Shown here in pieces: positions 53,101-64,000 of a stretch of 64,000 nt of DNA. Location: positions 82,400,001 to 82,464,000 of the forward strand of contig NC_045697.1 of the NCBI RefSeq assembly GCF_009834535.1, given 5' to 3'. The position numbers were made by a program, and so were the translations under genes. The DNA is from Camelus ferus. Taxonomy: Eukaryota. The notes under the pieces are model-generated. The model saw nothing but the letters and a program-made list of their open reading frames with translations. It made no database searches and had not been told where the DNA came from. Position 1 is the first letter of the stretch; every line of letters starts with the position of its first letter.

Positions 53101-54590
53101 CTTCTCTTTGGAAAACATACAAGCAAGAGAGTAGAGTGAACTCTTTAAAGTTGTCAGAGAAAGACCACCAACCCAGAATTAGGTACCTGGAAATCATCTT
53201 TCAAAAGTGAGGGAAAGGGGACTTTTAGACAAAAATTTAGGGAATTTGTTGTCAATAGACTTACTTTGAAAGAAATGTTAAAAAACAACAACAACAAAAA
53301 ACAGCCCTTTAAAGAGAAGGGAAATAATAAGTCAGAAAGTTGGATCTCTATAAGAAAGGAAGAACATCAAAGAAGGAATGTGATGGTAAAATTTGTTTTT
53401 CTTACTGATCTAACAGAAATTCAAAATAATAGCAGCAATGAACTTGATTATGTAGGTTTATGTACACATCTTGTGTATGTATATAGTTGGGTATGAATAT
53501 ATATAAGTGAGTTGAATGACAGCAGTGCTACATATGGGAGGAAGCAATTAGGGTTTTTGTTGTTGTTATTTTTAGGTACTCATACTACCTGTGAAGTAGT
53601 ATAATGTTATTTGAAAGTGGACTAGGATTGGCTGTAAATTTGTATTTACAAAGTCCAGGGCAACCACTTAAAGAGTAAAAATATACATATGTATATATCC
53701 AATATATTTTTTAAAGGGAAAATGGGATTATAGATAATATTCCTTTAAAAATCACAAAGGCAAAAAGAGCAGAAGAAAAAAATAGGAACAATGATATACA
53801 ACAGTAAGGAACGAAGACAGACAACAGTAATGAATATGTGATACAGTATCCTAGCTTTACCAATAATGACTTTAAACATCAGTGGTCTAACTGTACTAAT
53901 TAAGATAAAGATTATCAGAGTGAGTAAACAAGACTCAAGTATATGTTTACAAGAAATCTGTGTGTGTGTGTGTATACGTGTATATATATACACATATATA
54001 CACGCATGTAGTTTACAATTAAATGGATCAGTAGACCATGCTAAGACTAAATTATAAAATGCAGGAGTAGCTATGTTAATTTCAGACAGAGCCAACTTTC
54101 AAGTAAAGACAGATGTCAACTAAAGAAGGGCATTATATAATGATAAATGGGCCACTTCTCCAAGAAGACATAATCCTTCACATGTATGCACCTAACAATG
54201 TCAAACTATGTGAGGGAAAAACTAACAGAGATGCAAGGAGAAACAGATGAATCATTATCATAGTTGGGTATTTCAACATTTTCTATCCAAAATGGACATA
54301 CTCAGCAGGCAGAAAGTCAGTAGGACTTGATTTTTGTTACCTAAAATATACAAAGAACTTTTAAAACTCAACAATAAGAAAACAGGCAACCTAAATAAAA
54401 AGTAGGTCAAAGACCTTGGGCGAAACTTTACTGAGGAGACATAAAGATGTACCACTGTGGTGGGGGATGTTGATAATGAGGGAGGCTGTGTATGTATGAG
54501 GCTCCGGTCTGTATGGGAAGATGTCTGTAGCCTCCTCTCAGTTTTACTGTGAACCTAAAACCAATGTAAAAATAGTCCTAATTGAAAAAA
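50200..54590 (+). mobile_element. Old L1 (5' region, ORF1, ORF2 start, 3' end) interrupted by a younger L1
   Basis: aacagaatatccaaggactatgggacaact and caacccagaatt..tctttcaaaagtga (ORF1); gcaggagtagctatgttaatttcagaca (ORF2); tttactgtgaacctaaaac (3' end). Confidence 0.8.
51404..52886 (-). mobile_element. 5'-truncated lineage-specific L1 with 11-bp TSD
   Basis: T-rich tail + ttgaagtacagtcaattacaatgtg..; antisense L1 ORF2-like ORFs 52178-52802; TSD ggaattttcct at 51393-51403 and 52887-52897. Confidence 0.92.
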
Positions 54591-57499
54591 CAGTTTGGAA
54601 ATGCCTACAAATAGTATCTCAAACCCACTTAATTTTGGAGAAGTCAAAGTAGGCACACCAAAATAGGATATGTCTCCCAAGAAATAGCTGATAAAATAAT
54701 GACTTAGACAAAAACTGCTATTTCAAAGTTGCAAGATTTTTTTTGTGTGTGTGGCTACTGTTAATTGATGTTACTATTTGAAGAGACTTTGAGACAGGAA
54801 TTTCCCAAGGTTGGGGAAAAAAAATCGTGAGAATTTGTCCCTTTGTTAGGCATTGTGAGTCTGATACCTTTGATAATTAGGCTGTCAGGAGCTCCACTGC
54901 ACAGTGGGACCGTAAGAAAGGTCGTTAGAGGCAGAGAAGCATCTCGCCAGACAATGTCACCGTGAAGGGACCCTTTCATTGCTAAGTGGGACTTGTTTCT
55001 GCCTTTTTGAGTGGTACAAGAGAGATTAACCTTTTTTCCTCAGGATATATAAGTTCAGTTTTAGTGCTGCCTTAATGACACCAACACTAAGACTGAGAGA
55101 GTTGGCAGTGGAAATACTTTACATGAAGTCTACACTGGAGAAGGGTCATAAATAAATACCAATCGAACTCAGGCTATGAAGAAGTTGGCTCAGATACTTG
55201 GCCCATTGCAGTAAATTGTATGGCTGGTGAACAGCCTTGAACTTAATGGACAAAGAATTAAAAGTTTGGAATCAAACTTACCGAAAGAGTAGAATATTTG
55301 AGGGCCAGGAATTTATATTTGGGGACAGTCCATCTTTTGAGCTAGCAGAGATACTTTTCTTCTGCTTCTGGAACTTCTAAGTGTAGAGGACAAAAGAAAG
55401 ACCACCTCTGGGGTGCAGCTCAGTGCAAAGTTTGCCTGGAATATTTCTTAGGAATTTTACTATATTTGTATGTGAATTTAGATTGTGTTTGTGCCATGGT
55501 TACACATTGGCATAGGTTTGAGTGATCCCTAATCTTATTTTCTTACATCTATAATGTTATAGAAACATATATAACTGTGATTAAAGTGCTGACTTTTCAA
55601 AAAATTTATTTCACAAATAGGTCAAATTTTAAATTGACTATTTTGTAGGAAAGATAATTTGATCTTTAACCCTAATACTTCATTAACATTTGAAGATGGA
55701 AATATATTTATTTTGCATAAATTTACCTAATGGACACCTAATAAAGTGAAAATTGATTTTTCAAATACACATCAAGTATAGAAGAAAATTTAGAAAATAA
55801 AGTGTTGACTGGCTACCCTTTTTTGGAGCAGCTGTATAGAGTTAACACATTACGTTCTATAGATCAAGGAATGAAATTTAATTTTTAAAGATTGATTTCT
55901 TTTTTAAAGCTATATGATTCTGTGATATTGCAGGTTATAAAAGGCAGAACTTTGAAATGATAAGTGAGATGAGAATATAGAACACGGTCACCAGGTCAGT
56001 GGAGGCTCAAAATCCTCATAGTTCCTCAAATATTAAAATTAAAAAAGGGAGGTGTGGTGAAAATTAACATGGAAATCCTAAGTAGTAAAAGTAAAAAGAG
56101 AAAATCATTGCTTTTCAGTAAAGCTTTAACAAATGAATACAGCAGAACAGAAAATACTGCAGCTTAGAAAGTAATTTGCCATTGGACCATTTCCCATTTC
56201 ATTTCTAGTTGATAATAGGTTTTCTGTCCTTTCTTCTTCAATAATATGCTCATCACACACCCAGCTTAGACCAAAGTTAGCCAAAGAGTCTCCTGAAAAA
56301 TAGAAAACAGTTATTTTTATATGATCTTTTGAGCGACGTAAGCCTGGCATTAGGTGACCTAGAGAATCATAATTCAGTATTGAGATAAAATATGAATAAG
56401 AATTTTTAGTTCCCTGTTGAATAAAAATTATTTTATCAACACTCATATTAGTTTATTTCTCAACATTTAAGGAGGACATGCTTAATTAGTACAATATTTT
56501 ATATTACTCATTGGTGCAAAATGGATGGTGATCATACCCCTCAGGCAGATCACCACTAAGCAGCTTTGCATCCTGTTGGTGTGCACTGCATCTGGACCGG
56601 CTCATAAAGAAGCAAAACAAGCCAGTCCATCAATTAGTCAGTGGGTCAAATCTGCAATATATAAGTGATTTGTAAAATGTGTTCAGAAAAAGTTTTTCTT
56701 TTCGCTGAGCAAGGACTAAATTGGATAACACAGATATGGTATCTGATTTAATTGGAGGATCTGGGTTTAATTATGGTGGCTCACAGAGAGCTGTTTAGTG
56801 TTCCTGGCTGGGAATTATAAAGCCGGCATGCCTCTTGGTCCTGTTCAGCTGTATTATAAAGTCCATCTTCTTTATTTTTGAAATGGTCTATATCAAAAGT
56901 TGGATTGACTTTATTTAACAGTGTATTTTTTTACAACAGGCCGCATTTTAATCTCTTTATCCACAGCACTTGGCAAATGCAAACTTAAGCACAGTGGGGC
57001 ACTGAATTTTCAGAGCATGAACAAATGGATGAAAGTACAGATGAACACACTAATGATAAGGAGATGAGAATTAGAAAGAACAAATAGGATTAAATAATTG
57101 AAACCAGAACATTTCATTTGGAATGCACCTATGTTATGTTTTCGCTGAAAAAAACCAAAAATAATTTAATTATAATAGGTATAAAAATGTAAAATAATGG
57201 AGAACTAGACTAAGGAGAAGGTTGATGTATTTTTTCTTTTCCCCCAGATGTCTTTTTTTAAAAACACAACTTTTAAAAAAAATTTCCTTAACATATATTC
57301 TTATTTGAATCTACAACGAAAATGTCAACTGTTATTGCCCTTTGTAATCTTTTTCTAATCGCTTTGTATTAGAAACATGTTCTCCCCACTCCTAGTTTTC
57401 ACATGGACAGGTGTTCCCCAAGTGTGTTCTTAGGCTGTCCTTCTCCTTCACCCACTTTTCCCCGAGTGGGGAAGAGGGGCTGTGTTTTGCTGGGGGTTA

Positions 57500-57660
57500 G
57501 TGCGAGAACAGCAGGACACGACTGGCTCCCAGCCTCCTCTCCAGAGCCAGCCCGCTGCGGAGAGCGGAGGCCCTCCGCCCTCCAGGCCGCTGCTTGTGCG
57601 GAGCTCTGCCCTGTCGAGGGTGCGCTTCGCTGCCCAGCCTGGCCTGTGCCGTGCTGAGTA
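57500..57660. promoter_or_regulatory. Small CpG-rich GC patch
   Basis: 10 CpGs in 57551-57651 and a CCGCCC GC box at 57575-57580, in otherwise CpG-depleted DNA; no repeat recognised. Confidence 0.35.
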
Positions 57661-60600
57661 GCTCTGCCTCATTCTGGCTTCAGCCTGAGGCTCACTTGAC
57701 AAGCATCCCTGAAGGTCCATTCTTCACTTTGGCCTCTATCTGGAATAAAGTCAAAAGTTTGGACCCATCTGCTTCTGTTTTTGACTTAGGTCTCAGTGTG
57801 TTCAGAATCCAGCATGGGTGGAATGTGTATTTGTTTTCATCAAGCTATGTTTTTCCTTTTTATATCCAGATATTTATCTGAAGCTGACTCTTTTATTGAT
57901 TAAGTTATTTACAAGGCCAAGACTTTTTTCCTAATACGAGTTTTAATTAGTCCTAAGAAATTTCAGTATTTAGTAGTATTTTCTTGCTACTTAGAATAAA
58001 GCCCTATGTTTACTTAATTTACTGATTTTTCTTTTTAGTTGAATATATAAAAATACTTTTTTTAATTACATGTTTCACACCTGTAACCCTATGATCCTAA
58101 ATACAAGTGGCATTAAACCCTGAGCCTCTACCAGGGGCCCCATGTATTATTTATTAAAAAAAAGAATCTAAGACATACATCTTTCAGACAGGATAGAGTC
58201 CCCATAATTTTTAGAGACTAAATACCCATCAGAAGTGCAGTCTAACAAGTCAGTGCTGACTGTCTGCAATATGGCTGGATGAGCTCTAGTCTACCTGGGT
58301 GTTGTTTTAAGCAATACTGCAGAAAATGTTGTGATCAGTTAACATCACTGAGTTTTCTATTCCTGTCATCTGTGACTCCCCACAACGGGGTCCTCTCTGG
58401 CTGTGTATCGTCTCCCACAGTATCATCCCATAAGGGCCTATGGTTACTTTCCTCTCACCCAAAACTCCATCTTTTATCCCCAGATCATTTCACCACATAC
58501 TCTGGAACCTCTATATTTTTGGAGAAACAAATTCTCGACCTAACTTCTCCCACATTCCCATCGTTGACTTGTACTGAAACTGGAAACTTTATTACCTCTC
58601 AGGTAAATAGTGTTCATTCTTGCACACGCATGGTAAAAACAAGAGATGTGTAAAAACAAAAACATGTGAACAGACTCAGGTGATGTCCTTTGCTGCTGCT
58701 TCTTGATGCTGCTCCCCTTCTCCTCACCACCACCTTTTGTAACATAGCCGTCTTCTACAGAGCTTAAAAAATACAAAGCTGTAGCACCCTCGCTACCATT
58801 TTTCTCAAATTTATGTTCTTATTCTGTTGGTTTTGGAATCTTGGTCAAATGTTTCTATCCTTTTGGAGATTCTTGCTGACTTCTGGTTTTTATCTGGAAT
58901 ACCCATCATCTAGTCTTTGTTACATGATACCCTCTTATCCACTGAACTCCCTTGCCTGACTGCTTTAAGGATACATTCTTCTAAATAACAGTTACTTTCC
59001 AATCATTGAAATCAAGTTCAAATCCTATATTTTAGGTCAATCTTTCTCATTCAGTTATTCCCACTATATTTCTTCTTTGGCCTTACTGAAAATCCCAATC
59101 CTGTAACAGCTAAGTTTTTTAGTGTTTTTTTTTTTTTTTTAATCAGCTTTTTATTTGTACTGCCAGCACTCCAGCAAGGCATATTATCTCAACTAAGTTT
59201 TCCCAATGTTCCATATTTAAACTTATTTGGTAAAACTACAGTGTGAAAAACTCAAACTGTGTTACTGTTCTCTGTGTCAAATCTGAGGCAACTGAATATT
59301 CCTGTATGAAACTGTGGGATCTTGGTGCTCCTGCTGTTAGTTTAGAGTGTTCACCTCAATTGTGCCTTCAGTGTTGCAGACAGACTTTGGTTTCTCTTAT
59401 GTTGCATTTCAGCTACTTTAGTAATTTTCCAGTCTCCTTAAATATTTGGCCATCTCTGAGCATGAAAGCTTATCATTTCTTCCCAGAAAAAAATGGAAGT
59501 CAAAATCTTGCCTTACATGCTTATTTTGAATGTAATATGATACTATCATGGTAATGAACTGTGATTTTTAAAAAATGGCAAAATTTAAAATCTGTTAAGA
59601 TCACTTTCTAACTTAAGCAATACAAAAGAGAAACACATCACATTAAAAAGTAAAGGACTTTGCTAAGCAAAGTGTTTCAGATAGGAGTTTAACTTTTACT
59701 GCAGTGTTCCATTTTAAAGAAGTAATCATCTTAATTACAAATAAAATTACCAAATCCTTAATTTTTTCAATCATTATTCTTAACAAAGAATTTACTTTGT
59801 GCCTAGAATTTCTGCTGATTCCATGAAGATACTCAAATACCTCGCACTCTAATCCACATGAACATACAATTGAAGAGAAATTTTAGCTTCAAAAACTACC
59901 TCTGAATTTATTCCGTTAGGGGTAGGTAGTTATCTTTTTTGTTCTATTCTGGTTTTTTGTTTGTTTTCTGTGTCTAACTAGAATGAATGAGAAGTACTGG
60001 CTTTTAGTTAAATTGGAATTTAAAATCAGTTTAAATGACTGTACTTATAGGTTTAATGTCTAACTTGAATTGTGGGAAAATACCACTTCTTAAAAACCTC
60101 TAGTTTCACTATTAATGTCCTTTTAATCATGAATTGAACTTGAAATGATTTCAAGATCTGGTAAAAATGGAAGTGACTTGTGTAACTGACCACTTAACAT
60201 ATTTATTTAGGAAATATTCTAGTCATGTGACATTCAAGGAATTATTTGAAGACTCGTTACTGCTTTACACAGCAAAAAGTGAAATACTCCATTAAGTTTT
60301 AGTCAAATCAATAAAAAGACCTATTGATCACTTCTAGTTAGGTTGCTCAAGTTAGTGTTCAGTTTGCAAGTACTGTTATTTGTCATTTGATTGTGCTGTA
60401 AATTTATTGATATTTAACACAAAAATGTGTCACAAAGTAGTTTATTTTAATATTTCATACATATTTTTCTAAAGTTATTTATATTTGTTCAGATTATTCA
60501 AACATACATGCTTGGTGTCCCATTACAAGTAATTTAAAACTCTACTCTGGATTTGATCATTGGGCCAGTAATACCCAAATCATGGATTTGGCTATCCTTG

Positions 60601-63600
60601 CTCTATCTTCCCATCACACATTGGGCTTTAGATGGGGGAGGGTTGGTCCTAAACAGAAATTCTCCCAGGCAAGACCAGGAAATCCTTCCTTGTCTTTGGG
60701 ACATACAGTTAGCTACGAGAATTTTTTTTTTTTTTTTTAGGTTGATATATATTTGCCACCTGTATTTTAGGTAGCAGGTTACAAATTTACTGTTAACACT
60801 TTCTTCCACATTGCATGACTCTAGCTCATTTCCCCTTTTTGATAAAGAGGGAAAAAAGAAAAGAATTTTTAACTCAGAGGAGGAATCATTATTGTGAAGG
60901 AAGGGAATTTATCAAAATGTATGGCCATTTCTGAGGTAGAATCTCTTACCCAGGGCATTTTTTTTGGACCTTAGTTGGCAGAGGCTAATGTTGACCCTTT
61001 AAAATAGTATTTTGGTTAGGACTTTAGACATTAGCTTTCCATAAAATATAACAAAGTATGAATTTATAATTTAAAGTTTGAGTTCTACTCAAGACATCAG
61101 TAAGTAGTCTGGATAATTGGAATTTTCTCCCTCTTATAGTTCTTTATTTCTGCTTCCAGTGTGGTAATTTTTTTCTTAAATCAGCTGTGTAGTTGGTTCT
61201 TTCTTAGTAAATATCCATATCATGAAATAAGTGCCTTGATTCTCTAATTGTTGATTTAGATAGTTGTGAACAAATTATTGCTGACTGTACTTCAAGGTAT
61301 CTACTAACCCTAGTGGGCTCCTGTAATTCAGAATATTAAGTTTTGTCTCCTACTGGATTTAATTCACTTATGAAATACATGTTGATCACCAGTTATAGAC
61401 AGGTATCTACTGGACATTAAAACTTGTAAAATATCCACAGGAGAAAATGGAAAGGAGCAGGAACAATTTCCAAGGACATATCTCTTCTGCATTTCTTTTC
61501 TCCATTTTTTTTTAACTTGATGGAGACCTTTTGCTGAAGGTTCCTAGAGCATTTCAAGTACAGTTTCATAAGGATACATGCCAAAATGCATTGTGTTCAA
61601 TAATTTTAGAATAAGATACTCATTCAGCTAGTTCTAGGTCCAGAGCCCCTTTGCTGGGGATTAGTTAACAATAGTTAAAACATCTTTTAAATTGAGCCTG
61701 GTAATTACCTTTCAATATTAAGTACTAATTGAATGATTATTTACTGAACTTGTAATATGTATAAGTTTACTATTCTTTCACACAAGAAATTGAAAATTCA
61801 TCATGGCCAATGCCCCCTCGATGTGTCTTTAGAGGAAGGGTGTGTGCACATGCATGTGCTGTGAGTGACCAAGGGTTCGTATTTGTACTATACTGAACAA
61901 TCTCATGCACCTGGATTGCCCCACACGTACACAATGAAATGATTACCACTACTGAGACTACATAACTAGGGAGAAAAGATAGAATGTGTTGGTTTGCACA
62001 TTGGACTAGTAGAAGAAGTAAGAAGATAGGAAAATGTAGTTTTGTCATCAGAGACTCTTAAGGAACTCTGGTTTCGGTCTTCGTTTCCTCATAGAAAGTG
62101 CTTTTCCATCTCTTGGGAACACAATGACAGTGTTTTCTCTAAACACCTTCAGCTGTTCTTCACCTCTGACTCCACCAATTGGTGCCAACAAAGATGATCT
62201 TCTTTAAGGTCTACACAATCTTGCAGTGGTTCCTGAGTCGTTGGGCATAGTTGTGAGGAGAGATGATATTCCACCAGGCACTCTCAGATGTCTCTATAAG
62301 CCGTGAATGTGTAATATGAACAAGAAATTCAATTGAGAAAGATATTAACAATAACCTGAAAAAAATGTCATTATGTTAGAAACTGAAGTCATTCCTGAGG
62401 ACCTAAGTGCTCTTAGTCTCTCAGGTAGGAGTATTGATTTTTCAGGGATTTCTTTTCCCCTGGGCATACATGAGGCAGCCTTAATTGAAGGTCCTGGACA
62501 GGCCTTTAAATAGTCTAAAGGTATTTTAACTTTTCAACCGGGTTTCAGAAAAAATGAGACTGGGAAAATACAATGCATGAAAATACCAGAGGTGAACCAA
62601 GGAAGGGATGTTATCAAAAGCCGAAGAATGCTTCGGAATATTTCACTTACATAATGCATCTCTCCATTTGTAAAAGTGTCTTAAAAAATATAAGCATTCT
62701 TCTGAATTATGTTTGTTTCACAGTTTTTGCTTCAAGATAATAGTTTTTAATATATATGTAATATAACATCAAAACACCAAGTAAACTAAATGGAAAACTA
62801 AATCTAAACTAGGTGTTTGGCATCCACTGGCCTATTTTTTTTGGCTAAATTTTGCATTTCTCAGGGTTTTATTTGAATACTAAGTCCAAAACTCTCTGCT
62901 GGATTCACCTGCATGTTAAATGTTCTCTCCTTTGCAACAATTTGCATCAGCTAAAATAATGTGAAGCAGAGTTCACCTCAGATATTTATATTAGTGTTGT
63001 CAGTGTGTTTTCCTCCCTGTTTCTCAAGGTCACTTTCCCTCTTTGACACGAGTGCATATACTTATTCCAAGAATGCTATCATGCAGGTGCCAGATTGTGT
63101 TACAAACACAACAAACAAAAAAAGAGAACTTAGTAAAAAATTCCTAATAGAATCAATTAAATTCATATAGTACTTTGAAAGAAATGCACACAGAATATAT
63201 AAAGATGGTGTATCTTTCCCCTTGTTCAGACTTGTTTTATGTTTCAGTATCATTTCATACCCTTCGTATAGGTCCTGATACTTTTCATTTATATGTATTT
63301 CTACTTTCCGTTTATACGAATTTCTAAGTATTATTTTCAGCCTGAAATTCTCATTTTCATTTCTATGTACTGTTTGCTCAAGTAGACAAAATCTGTCTTT
63401 TATAGATTGTTTTTATATCCAGCCACTTCACCAAATTTTACAAGTTATCCCAACTTAGAAAAAAATCCTGTTGGACTTGTCAGTTATAAAAACAGATTAA
63501 AAACGATTTTTTTTTACCAGTTATCTTGTGTGCATGTGTATATAAATTTGCCAGAAACTTAGGCAGTATTAAATAATGATGGCAATCTGTGGTAGCTGTC

Positions 63601-64000
63601 CCTAGTGGAATAGTTTTTAACTTTTTGTTGGTCTTTGGTAACCATTTAAATATCATTTGTGATTCTACTTATTCATTCTTTAGTATTAGACAGTTACAAT
63701 AAAAACGCTGACAGGTATTATATAACTTTTCAGCATATACTGATGTTACTAAAAGTCTTATAAGTTTGGGAGTAAGGTATTGTATTTATTTTATTTCACT
63801 TAAACCATTGTTTTATAAGATTATATTTTTTTCAGATAGTTGGAACATTTTGGCTTACATTATACTAATATTAGTATGATTCCTATTAAAATTTTCACTA
63901 TAATCAGAAGGCTAAGAAAAACTATGTCCTGAAATAAGGTTGACCTCATCTTGCCTCCCTGAGTGATTGACAGGCTGCAGTGTCCGGGCACCTGGGCACC

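Noticed and set aside
1..64000. Prokaryotic systems (CRISPR, operons), rRNA or true tRNA genes
   Set aside because: The sequence is mammalian intronic DNA; no spaced repeat array was seen, and the only tRNA-like segment is a SINE head.

Overview
AT-rich mammalian genomic DNA, very probably camelid (it carries a tRNA-derived SINE that I recognise as Vic-1-like at ~37.5 kb). The window appears to be almost entirely intronic. One clean + strand coding exon (3192-3286) of an unidentified large gene is followed by ~60 kb with no further convincing + strand exon. Much of the rest is interspersed repeats: L1s of several ages (two with clear TSDs), L2, MIR, MaLR/MLT1 LTRs, solo ERV LTRs, hAT DNA transposon remnants, and a decayed provirus pairing class III (ERVL-like) pol with a gamma-type env. 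The main hidden signal is a decayed ~6-exon gene on the - strand at ~40.0-46.7 kb. Its GT-AG exons have matching splice phases, and the joined translation shows, in the right order, motifs resembling four-jointed (FJX1)/FAM20/GASK-type secretory-pathway kinases. It is a candidate unitary pseudogene of an unrecognised Golgi-kinase-like gene nested antisense in the host intron. All repeat family names and protein similarities were assigned by eye, not by database search.
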